From the NCBI GenBank assembly GCA_964036045.1, contig OZ038378.1:193564001-193628000 (forward strand): 64,000 bases of DNA. The letters are read 5' to 3'. A program made the position numbers and the translations under genes. This stretch comes from Eutreptiella sp. 'Long Island Sound 2002'. Its lineage: Eukaryota > Protista > Euglenida. The notes under the pieces were generated by a model. The model had not been told where the DNA came from, did no database searches, and saw nothing but the letters and a program-made list of their open reading frames with translations. Below are positions 49,518 through 60,146 of this stretch, one piece after another (within the stretch, counting starts at the first letter, position 1; each line of letters starts with the position of its first letter).

Positions 49518-51559
49518 TCAGAGCGGGGAGACAATATCAGAAATGGCCCACAAGTGGGCCCAGTGGCAGTCAGAAGTGGGAAAACTTATTTTTCGGGTAA
49601 GTAATTTACATAGTAGAAAAGAAAATTTTTACTAAGTAATTTACTTAGTAGGAAAAAAAATTTGCTAAGGAAATCACTCAGTAAAAAACCCGGCCCCAGA
49701 GGAAAAACTTAGTAATAAAATATTTTTTTACTAGATTTTGAAACTTAGAAAAAAAAATTTTAAAGAAATTTTTACTAAGCTTTACTACTGACCCGTACAA
49801 CACCTCCTTTCAAGCGCAGGCCTGCCGTAGGCTGTCAAATCCAAGACTCTCAGGGGAGCAGCTGCACGGTGCACATGGGGCAGCAGTGACTCCAACAACT
49901 CCACTGTAATCAGCCATTGCGCCAAATTTTGCAGGTTTCATGGCTCAACGTTGCGAACCCAGAAACAGGGCCTACGAGTTTGAACATGAACTCGGGTTGA
50001 CGTGACGTATCGCCCTGCCCCCGTCCTGAAATACTATGGTCCCGACAGCAGGTGTGGCTTGGACAACACGTGGCTTACACACAACCCGCGGAGATATCAA
50101 TATCTCTTGAACAGGACATCCGTTGTGGGTCATGATGCTTGATCTGTCTGGGGCAATCAGGCTTGGAAGGGGCGGAAACCACAGCTCAAGGCAACACCGC
50201 CTGCAGGGACCCCCTTAATTTGGCGCCAAAATGATCTCAGCACCAATTTTGGCGTCACCATCAGAAGACACTGTTTTTGGTGGAATCTTTGCGATCGGCT
50301 GCATGTTGACTGTCAACTTCAGTTGGATGAGCAAGTCTTTGGGGAGGGGGGTTAGTCATCGGTGCACCGTGCAGGTGGTCCCCCTCATCGCTGGATGCCA
50401 CAGACCAAAAACGATGAATAGTCCCTGGTGCTGAGAGGCACATGGCAGCCGAGGGTCTGCAATGAGCCAGGCTGGGGAAAGTCAAACATTGATACACACC
50501 ATCAATGCCTCAATCTGAACACACTGTGGATGTGGTTTAAACAGTCTTTCCTTGGGATTCTTCGCCATGCACGTGCCAAATCTGCATCGGATGGACAGGG
50601 CTGAGCATAGCACAAGTGTCAGAGTCGGGCCAACTTGCGGTGGAGTGGGGGTTGGCTGCGGACCAGATGCGTGGACATGCCAACCCCCATGGGGGCAGTG
50701 CCAGCAGGTTGTCGGCAAACCCCCCAAAAAACACCGCTGACTACCCACCAATCGCCGAAAGCGATGCTCGTCCACCACAAACAAGCAGTGACAGGGACCT
50801 TTTTTGGAGGGGTGAGGGGGATCATATGCTACAGACCGCCTAGCGTGACACTGTGGCTGCAGCCGTAGGTGCAAGTGCAACCTGAAAGCAAGCCACAACA
50901 TCACAGAGAGCACAATTTTTCACGAGGCGGGACCTATGTGAACATTCGTGTGACCAAACGCACACAATGCTGCAAGATAGGTGAACGGCGGTGATGCAGC
51001 CAGTCCGCTCAGATTTTGAATCTGTGTACCTCAACGCACTTTACGCCCATACTAACCACTGCACGATGTCTGCAAGTGTGCCCAACATCTCCACATCCCA
51101 AAATCAGTGATCTACTTGTCATTTGGTTGCTAGAGTGGCTTTTCCTGTATTGTGTGGTTAACAAAAGCCCGACAATATTCGGGTGCGGCTGCGTTGGAGA
51201 CTGAGGGTTTTGGAACCAGACCATGCCAGTCAAAGGGTCATGTCACTAGCTTGAGGAAGAGGGAGGCATGCGCCAAAACATGCCAAGCCAGAGTGGTTTA
51301 GCAGTGAAGGGGTGGGTGTTTCACCAGACACTACTGAACCCCACCGCCAGAAGAGCCTGCAGCGTTTCCTATGACTGCCGCATGACCACTGCAAGGTTCC
51401 TCTGACTATGAGTCTATCCCATGTTCAGTCAACCTTCAGGAGGGGTGTCATACCGAGCTCATCCCCCCCCCCCCCCCCAAAGCCGCACCTGCAGCCGTAG
51501 CCGCAGAAACTACTCACAGTTGGCTGTGACAATGGGAGCAAAAACGAGGGAACATCAGC

Positions 51560-51898
51560 CTACTTCTGTCCCAGACCATTGGCAACCTGCGACTGAAGCA
51601 CAGTGACGGTGTCCTGTGGGGAGTAGGTGACCGTGTGTGCCAAAGGTGACGAAAACTGCACCAGGGAAGTCCCTTGCTTGTACCCGGGCTTCTTGGCATG
51701 AGGCTGCTTGCTCTGGCTGGTGGGCTTGTAAATCCCCTGCGACTCCTTTGGCTGCTGCTCCCCCTTGGCTGAGCCATCGCCGCTGTCTTGGGCTTGGGCT
51801 GCCTTCTTGGCCAAGCGAAGCTTCTTCTTCTGGCCTTTGGACAGAGGCTGCGGGGCCACCTCCTCTGCCACCTCCTCTGTCACCAACGCATGGCGTAT
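51560..51898 (-). CDS. Probable terminal coding exon (Lys/Gln-rich, unknown function)
   Basis: ttcctatctccAG|ATA CGC, then 112 open codons (IRHALVTEEVAEE...SKGQKKKLRLAKK...) to TAG; phase 0. Confidence 0.5.
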   Translation of the reverse strand: MRHALVTEEVAEEVAPQPLSKGQKKKLRLAKKAAQAQDSGDGSAKGEQQPKESQGIYKPTSQSKQPHAKKPGYKQGTSLVQFSSPLAHTVTYSPQDTVTVLQSQVANGLGQK

Positions 51899-53339
51899 CT
51901 GGAGATAGGAATCGCATGTAGAGTAGGGTTGCTCCAGAACACCACGCAATCATGACTTTACTGCACCATCGATGGTGATATTTCGGATGTGCAATTGAGC
52001 AACCTATGAACTATTTTACTTTTATTCTAATCAGTTTACTTTTATCTTAATCAAATAAAATCACTCCATTAATTAAATTCAAAATGAATGAAATCAATTC
52101 AATTACAACACAGGTAAAATTCATCACCAATTGCGACTTCCCTCAGAAATGTCATTTCGAATTACCTCCCTCCTGCCCTCCCTCTTTGCTTTCATGCCTC
52201 TCTTAGCGAATGCCTGCTCAATGCCCTTTGTGGCTGTATTTCTTTTGTGTGAATAGTCCTCTCTTCCTCTACCACTCTTAGTCCACCCATCTGTGACACT
52301 TCGTGTCTTCCGCCCTCACCACCTTGCTCCCTTTCTCATTCCCTCACCCCCTGCCCCAGATGCGGGGATCCAAATGTACTGTGCCCCTCCCTCAGGGCAG
52401 TCCAGTGCAATCTACAACTGGTCCAAGACGTATGGATGATGGATGGAAGCAGACACCACAAATACCACGTGATGACATGGACTGGTCTTGCATGCTTGCG
52501 TGGGTTTAGGATGGTGTGCAGTAAGTGGGTGGCAACCTGCCTATAGGCAAATGCACAAGGTCACGTAGAAGCCAAGAATACAACACACACACAGCGCTTC
52601 ATCAAACGACTCCCCAGGCAGGCGGCAAAACGCAATGTATGCGTAGCTCGTTGTCCATCCTTCCTTCCTCCCTGACTATCCCCCTCTCTGCACTGCAAAA
52701 CAATTGTTGAGTTACACTTGACAAACGCATACACACAACTATTGGAGAAGGCCACCCGGGCACTACCCACAGCAAAAATGTCGGATCATCCAGTAATACA
52801 TCTATTTGAGGGGTGTCGTTGGTAAAGAGAAAACAGATGAGCCTTCACCCGCAGTTGATGCTTGAGGAACAAAAACTTGGCCAGTAACCGCCAGTGATGG
52901 GCGGCCAAGCGCCAGTGGTTGGCAGCTATGAGCAGGGCAACAGACGCCGATGTGGAATCCATGTGCCCGTTCTCCGGTAGTGGATGGTAGATGGCAGGCG
53001 GGCGGCCCCGTTGGGTTGGAACACGACCCTTCTGAGGACCTCCTCCGCGTGTCACTCAATGGGGTGCGCTGGGAATTGGTTGGCGGTCAACCACCCCAGA
53101 AGCGGGAGGGGGGGGGGTCTGGGAATGGGCAGAGACTTTACAGTCTGAGGACCAGGACGGTCCTTGACCAACGAGACATTTTTCTGACTTTCACTGCTAA
53201 CAACGCTGCAACGACAGCCCTCTGGGCTGGCGGTTCACCGCCAACCGCCAATAGCCAAGAAGTCCCCCCCCCCGTAGTCCCGCGCGTAACGCCGACCCGT
53301 AACCTCCCCACCTTGTACCCCCCTCCCCCGTATCCCCAT

Positions 53340-53870
53340 GGCGGTAGCACCACCACCGCCGCTAGCAGTAGCAGTAGCAACACTAGCAGCCACAGCAACA
53401 ACGAAAGCCCCCAAAACAGCAGAAGCAGCAACAAAACACTAGGGACAGCACAAGCAGCAGCAACAACACAAATGGCACCGTAGCAGCCATGGCAGTGGGC
53501 AGAAGGGCAGCACCAGGAATAGCAAAAGCAGCAACAATACTAGTAGCAAAAGCAATGGCAGCAACAGGAGCAACATCACGAGCAGCAGCACGAGCAACAC
53601 CACCAGCAGCAGCAACACCAGCAACACCAGCCACAACAACAGCAGTGTAGCAACCGCAGCAGCAGCACCAAGAGCAGCAGGCCCTGCAGCACAAGCACTA
53701 GCAACAATTACAGCAGCAAGAACAGCAGTGGCAATGCCGGCACCAGCGGTAGCAGCAATAGTAGTAGCAGCACCACCACCAAAAGCAGCAGCGAGAATAC
53801 CAACAGCGGAGCAACGGCATGGGCAACAACAACAGCGACATCAGTGGTGGCAATAGCACCAGCAACAAAA
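53340..53870. repeat. Degenerate (AGC/AAC)n low-complexity tract
   Basis: Continuous agcagcaac-type units; the source of the poly-Leu/poly-Ala antisense ORFs. Confidence 0.9.
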
Positions 53871-54766
53871 CAAGCCCTCAGGTGCCAGTCGTGTCTCATG
53901 ATCACCGCAGGGGTGGGGTATGTTTGTTGGAAGATGGCCACTGCATGTCTGTACCCCCCCCTCAGCTCAGGTCACAAGGCTGGGCTGTTTAGGCATTCCC
54001 AAATTAGCTATGGAGTGACATCATCAGGTGTTCATATATTTAAGGTGGAAGATTCCCCCGGCTCCTCTTTTACCCATTTCACTTTTCACCCTTTTCACCC
54101 TGCTTTTAGCGGTCAATAGGGAAAAACTGTCCTTGTTTCAAAGACAAGGTTCTCAGCAGTACTCAAGCAGTACTACAAGCAGTACTCATAGTACCATTTT
54201 TTCCTTGCGCACTGTAGAAATATGGTAAGACACCTTTGTACAGAATTCGTACCTGCCCAGAGGCCCATGATGCGGCACACAAAGGCTGGATGCATGACGC
54301 TTTGGTGGCCCGGCAACATTCATACAATGGCGTGCATGGGTGGTACATGGCATAGATTGAGCCAATTTCATTTGTTGCACTAGGGTTTGGTGCGAGGCAG
54401 GTCTGTTACCCCCTGACCATGGTTTAGATGACTGCTGACTGCAACCAATGAGGCTGCCACGTAAGAGAACAGTGCGGATGAGGTCGATGTGTGTGCTTTG
54501 CGCTGTCAAAAGCACACCACCACACTTCTGCAGGGCACTGTTCGTGGGACTTCCAAGTAGGGTTACCGTCCCCACCCGTAACCGCCCCCCTCCCCCCCAA
54601 CCCTGGAGGGGCGACTTCCTGCTGTGTACGCCCAGTGGCTCAAGGGACCTCCCCGGGGGCGCAAACCTTGTTCCATCACGGGCTATCTGGTCTCTCCCCC
54701 CTCCCCCCGCCCCTCTGACTGCATTCCCATGCGAAACCACCCCGCCTTGTCAGGGAGGCGACTGAC

Positions 54767-54928
54767 CTCGTGTTCGCTGTACCACAGAGTGATCGATGAC
54801 AGGGCGGTCTTGTTGGCCTCGATTTGGACAGTGCAGCTCTCGTCTGCCCAGAACATCAGCAGCCGATTGGCAAGTGGCGCAACACGAACCACATGTCCAC
54901 AGGTTGTGAGGCGCACCACTCCTCCATC
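54767..54928 (-). CDS. Exon of an EGLN/PHD-like 2OG-Fe(II) oxygenase-fold protein (C-terminal strands)
   Basis: ctctgcacAG|GAT...GAG|GTCAGT, 54 codons. DGGVVRL...VAPLANRLLMFWAD...SITLWY parallels the PHD2 segment GGILRIF...IEPKFDRLLFFWSD...AITVWY. Confidence 0.7.
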
Positions 54929-55913
54929 CTGTGCAGAGAGTGGTGGGGCACGGGTTTACCACGGTGAGATGTGCTCAAAGGGATCGGGTCGAGAGTGGGA
55001 TTTCGAGAGCAGGGCTACCGGCGGTTGAAAAAGCGGTCGGGGTACAAAGCGGTTGGAGGGCCGTTGGGGGCGGAGAGAAGGGGTTGGCGGGGCTCACTTG
55101 GACGGGAAGCACAGGTTGTGAGGGCAGACCCAGCACCGACCTATGCGGGTAAGAACAATACCCCACAGCCACGGAACCTGCCACGTGGGCAGTCCTCCAT
55201 TTGATATATCCACCCCCAAAACCGATGCCTCGCCAGCTGGCTTGAGTCGCCAAATAGACTGCAAATCTATCGCCTAACCACTACATGCCACAACCGGTAC
55301 ATTGTGACCCATGACCCACAGAAAACCTATGATTGTTTTCAGTCAAATCCTAACGCACCACCTACACCAGCTGGGATACGCAACGAAACAATAAACGTCA
55401 ATACCCCACGCCAAGGTGGCAGCCCACCCGCCGGTTTGCTGAGCTACATCGCTACCTCCTACGTGTCCTACACCACAGGGTTTGGCGTGATATTTCTAAA
55501 TTGTCACTCACAGTCGGTCTCGCCCACCGCCGTGCAACCCGGTACGCTGAGATGGTTCCTCAGTTGAAATGGTTGTTCCAATCAATGAACTCCGGAATGG
55601 ATATCCGCAAAATGGAAACAGGCATCTCCGCCACCAAAAGGCAAACGAAGAGCGTGAAGCTCGTAGCTACTATAGGCCTAAACAACCACCGCCCATGCGT
55701 CAGGGAATTCGCCTTTGCAAGCACTGAGAGCTTGCACAACCGTCCCTTACTGCTATGAGAGATCTCATGGACCCCGGAGTATCACATGCCTGCGCTGTGA
55801 TGCCCTGCTGTGCCAACGGAGTCGCCAAACATCCCCAAGAAAAGCCTTAACGTGTTCCCACACCCATTGCAATCCCATGCCCACTTCAACACAGCGCCTC
55901 CTTGAAGACAGAC

Positions 55914-56141
55914 CTTTGGCCCCCAGGTGTTGTTCAGAAAGAGCATGACGACCAGCGTCTTGGAGGCATCGCCGCTGTTCGCTGCCTCCTTTGTTGCCGG
56001 GGGCCCCGGCGTGGGGACGGCAGGCCCGGAAACGGGTGCATCACACTCCACGTGTTTGTTGCAATGGATCTGAGACCGATGCTTTCCGATCCGTAGGCTA
56101 TAGTCCCATCCGCTGAGGAACTGCTGCATCTCCCGCTTGAC
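55914..56141 (-). CDS. Exon of the same oxygenase-like gene
   Basis: caacAG|GTC...AAG|GTCTGT, 76 codons, phase 0. Ends KTLVVMLFLNNTWGPK and joins in frame to DGGVVRL (compare YYLNKDWDAKVSGGILR). Contains KHVE. Confidence 0.68.
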
Positions 56142-57315
56142 CTGTTGGCGGTGGAGACAGAGAGGGAAGCATGGCACTTTGGGCAGGCTGGGACACGGGG
56201 CAGGGCCCTTGCAAAAAGAGAGAACAGCGCGTGCCATCAGGCCAGACGGTTCTTGCCTCATGGACCCCAACCAGACCGTAGGCGACGGTGGATCCCAAGG
56301 ACATGGTTTGTATTTTGCAGGTTTCCCACGCCTTTTGTTTGGGTGTTCACAGCCACACTCTCGCACCGGCTTTCAGAGAAATGGTATCCCTCAGCAGCGG
56401 CGTCTCGTCGTGCACCTCGATCCATGTGGCGTGGATGACTACGGACTGGAGGAGGGGATCCGGCGACCGGACGCCAAGTGTCCGGGAGTGCAGCCTCGTC
56501 AGAGACGTGTGCCAGTGTGTGTCCCCCGGCATTTGTGTGTGTGTGATCCAACCTGTTGTGCTGTGCAATGGTCGCAAGCACTTGCTCGCCCTCAAGAACG
56601 AACGCGTGCCGTCATCTTGCATCCCATGGGGTAGGGTGGGGTGCGCGCATGAAATTCGTGTCCCAAACTGACGATGCATCAGCTCACCAGCTGAGCACGT
56701 GGCATGGAACACTGCGCTTCGGGATGCAACTAATGCAGAGGTGCGAAGCATCAAGAGTCGTCAAGTATAAGACCAAGGCTTTTCTTAGCAACGGGGGGGG
56801 CGGGGGAGGGGAGGGGGCAGAATGAGAAGGGCAGGCAACCAATTTTGGCAGGCACTCTTGACCTACTTGACCTACCCCCACCGGGGGGGGGGGAGGGTGG
56901 CACGCTCAAGAGGCACCCGCCCACTCACCGACGGGCCGACACCAGGGAAAATATAAGGGGAAATTTTTTCGGCGCCCTCCTGTCGATGCTGCGGTCCTGG
57001 ACCGGGGGCTTACACACCAACACATGCCCCAAGACGTAGACCTTAATTGCTCTGTCGCCCCCCCCCCCCCCTTTGTGAGCTGGTTGCTGGGGTGTGGGGC
57101 GCTGCGAGTTGGCAACGGCTGCGGTCCTGAGTTGACGAAGGAAAGAACCACATTCACACGATGGGACAAGGGGCGGCGACAAAGAGCCGGGCGAGTACAA
57201 ACCGGTTGGAGAGCGGTTGGTGACGAAAGGAAGCAGTTGGGGTGTGACGGGGCCTCAGACCCAAGGGCGTGGGGTACGTCACAACCTCCAAGCAAAGGCC
57301 TGGGGCTCGTGCCCC

Positions 57316-57469
57316 CTGTGTGACATTCCGTCTGGTTGTTGCTCCTTTACGGGGCCCTGGACGGTCACCCGTTCTTCCCTTCGCATGTTGCGTCGGGTCG
57401 CTGCTTTCTGTCGGCCGCTGCGGCCGGTACTCTTGCTGGTGTCGTTTCCGCGTTCGCGGAGCCCAGTAG
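57316..57469 (+). repeat. SINE-like dispersed repeat (ctgtgtgacattccgtctggttgttgctcctttacgggg...); further copies at 58789-58890 and 60981-61134
   Basis: Three copies in the same orientation; two are nearly identical over ~150 bp. Confidence 0.85.
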
Positions 57470-57777
57470 CTCGTGCCCCCCCCCGCCCCTTCCCGCAGCA
57501 TACACAGTTGTAGTCTGCCATCGATAGTCGGCGAGAAATCGGGGGCGACCAGGGAATCGCTTGAAAGGGGGGGGGGTACCCCCCTCCCCCCTCCCCACTG
57601 CACTGACTCTACCCGAAAGGCATTCCCATACCCCAACACCAGCCCCCCATCGCATTCCCAACCGCCAGTAACCGCCCCCCCAACCGCTTTCACACCCCCC
57701 GTGACCGCTCTGCAACCGCTCTGGGACTGCCCCGATGGCACCCTCCCCTTCAAGCAAAGCCCTGGGGGCGACTTCAC

Positions 57778-58487
57778 GCCGTATATGCTGCCATCATGTC
57801 TTCGCGGCCGGTGCTGACGCGCGCGCGACACACCTCATCCAACTGCTTGACGAACTGCGGCAGGCAGACGCAGCAGTCGTCGAAGCCCTCCAGAAGAATC
57901 GCGTTTTCGGCGACACACGGAGAGGCCTCCGCGGCGACGGCGTGCGGCCTGCCGCACGTCAGGGGGTGTAGCTGGATCTCGGCGGCCAAGAACTCCGCCT
58001 GCTGCGGCTGGAGGAACCCGTCGATTACCGCAAACCGGTGCAGCAGCAGCCCGCGCGCCGCGCGGACAAACGCCGGTAACTCCCGGTACTCCGTGACCGG
58101 CTCCAGCAGGAGCAGGGGCCCAGAGCCGGTGGAGGGGGCGGTGGCGCATGGCCCCTGCGCCGACGCGGGGGTCTCCTTCGGGGCGGCGTCTGCGGGGTCC
58201 TCATGACCGCACGACGCGCCGTCCGGGGCCCCGGGGGTGTGGGCCGTTGCGCCGCTTTTCTTCTTCTTCTTCTTGCGCTTCCCGTGGCCCTCGGGGGCGG
58301 GCGCCGCCTCGGGCCCCGCAGGGCCCGCGTCGCCGCCGGGCGCTGTGGGGCCGTCGTGCGCCGCTGCGTAGCCGGGCCCAGCCTCGGCGCAATTGGGCGC
58401 CGTGCCCTCGGGTCCTGCGGCGGAGGGTGGAGGGCCGTGCTGGTGGGCACCCCAGGGTAGGCAATCTCCATCGGGAACGACATACAG
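57778..58487 (-). CDS. Large exon: Pro/Ala/Gly-rich linker with a poly-Lys stretch, then an oxygenase-like N-terminal segment
   Basis: tgtccgcAG|CTG TAT, open frame to ...LLLHRFAVIDGFLQPQQAEFLAAEI...GREDMMAAYT. The exact donor is uncertain (GC|GTGAAG). Confidence 0.55.
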
Positions 58488-59838
58488 CTGCGGACAGCAC
58501 GCCCCCCTCCCCCTTGCGGGGGGCGGGTTTTCACCTCCGGGGGGGGGGCAGGCCTTTGCTTAAGGGGAGGGGGGGTTACCCAAGGGTGACACAACCCCTT
58601 GCCTCATGCCTTTGCTTGCCCCCCAACCACCTGCAACCGCCCCTCCAACCGCCAGTAACTGCCCCCAACCGCTTTGTGAGTCACCTGCAACCGCCATTGT
58701 AACTGCCCCCGAGAGCCCCTGAAACCCCCCCCCATTAAGCAAAGGCCTGGGGGGGGGGGGGTCGATACAGCCCTCTGGCTACCCCCCCCTGTGTGACATT
58801 CCGTCAGGTTGCTGTTTGTTTACGGCGCCCTGGACAGTCACCCGTTCTTCCCTTCGCGTGCTACGTCGGGTCGCTGTGTCCTGACGGCCGCTTCCGCGTG
58901 TTGTCCTGGTCGTCCACCACCTGCGTCCCCACGCTGCTGTGTGAGTGGGGCCTGATTGCTCCATCCCTGCGCGTGGCGCACGTGGGCATTGCGCGCACCT
59001 TCATGGTTGACGCGGGTGGCGTGTGCACCTGTGTGATGTCCGCACGGTGGCCGCCCCGTTGTCCTTGGTTCTGCCCACCCCGGTTTTGTCCAAAGTTCCT
59101 GTTCCTTACTTTTCCTCCACAATCCTGACAACTGGGCGACTCTCACTGCAGGGGTCCCCTCGGTGGCCCTCGGAGCGCGGCATCCCCTGCCCGCACCAAA
59201 GTCATACTGGGACTGCGCATGGTGCGCTGCAGGGGCGCCCCAAAGCGGGCTCAATTGATGCCCCCCCCCCACCCCACCCCCCCAAAAAAATCCTACTGAG
59301 ACTGAACCCCGGGGCCCGGAGGTGACCTGGACCCAAAAATTCGGCAAAAAAATGAAAAAGGGATTTTTGGAATCAACAAGTCGAGGGGGTTCAGAAAAAT
59401 CATCATTTGCGATGTATTTGGTGAAAAAAATTCACCGTTTTCATTGCTCGAAAATTTTTCAGCGCCTTTGGCGCCAGAGTTCATAATAACTGATTGATGA
59501 TCCTGTCAATTGAGCCCTTTTCCCGAACCCCCCGTTTTGGGGGGCTCTATGGATCCCCCGCCCCCGGAGTTGAAAACCCGACGTCCCCTTCTCCTCCCAT
59601 CATCCACCCCTTGGCCCTGCTCTCCGCTTCCCCCCTCTGCCGCACCTCCAACCCTCTGCCCAGCCTATCCCGACCCCCTTGGTCGCCTCCCCCACTGGCG
59701 AGCGCGGGGCCGCGGTAAGGGCCGGGCTGGGTGAAGGCAGGGCCTGTGGTCCGGGTAGAGGTAGAGGCAGAACTCCTGGGCCATCCCCAAAGCACTGGCG
59801 GACCATGATCGGTCCCAGGGATGGATATAGTGAGGGGA

Positions 59839-60063
59839 TGGGGGGGGGTGCACCCCCGATGACGAAATGACGATGACGAAATCCGGCGGGCCAATTTTGG
59901 CCAATTTTCACCACTTTTGACCCTTGAAAAAAAATTGATTCTTGGCCCCCACCACATACATCTTGGCGTTCAGCACATTCCGCACACTGCAACATGTCAA
60001 GGGGTTTGCCATAAGAGGGACAAAGGATTCTGTAATCGTCATTTCGTCATCTCGGGCCCCCCC
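59839..60063. mobile_element. ~220-bp MITE-like foldback
   Basis: gatgacgaaatgacgat (~59858) and atcgtcatttcgtcatc (~60036) form a perfect 17-bp inverted repeat, bounded by G and C runs. No clear TSD. Confidence 0.55.
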
Positions 60064-60146
60064 AGAGCCCCTAGCCCATCCCCACCAACATAATTTGGTC
60101 ACTATTACATCCATCCTTGATCAGTCCCATCAGGCTCCAGATGATC

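Larger units (their letters stand above)
46580..49794 (-). mobile_element. Mutator-like (MULE) element with 9-bp TSD and Ulp1 cargo
   Basis: GTACAACAC is duplicated at 46571-46579 and 49795-49803. AT-rich imperfect TIRs of ~100 bp start GGGT.....GTAAA.CTTAGTA.AAA. Confidence 0.82.

Noticed and set aside
50200-51230. Broken Cys/His-containing minus-strand frames as a gene or transposase
   Set aside because: Multiple stops, no identifiable motif or termini; too weak to call.
54252-54527. Extra exon of the oxygenase-like gene (KCGGVLLTAQ...)
   Set aside because: The acceptor is plausible, but I found no donor with a phase compatible with the next candidate exon; left unresolved.
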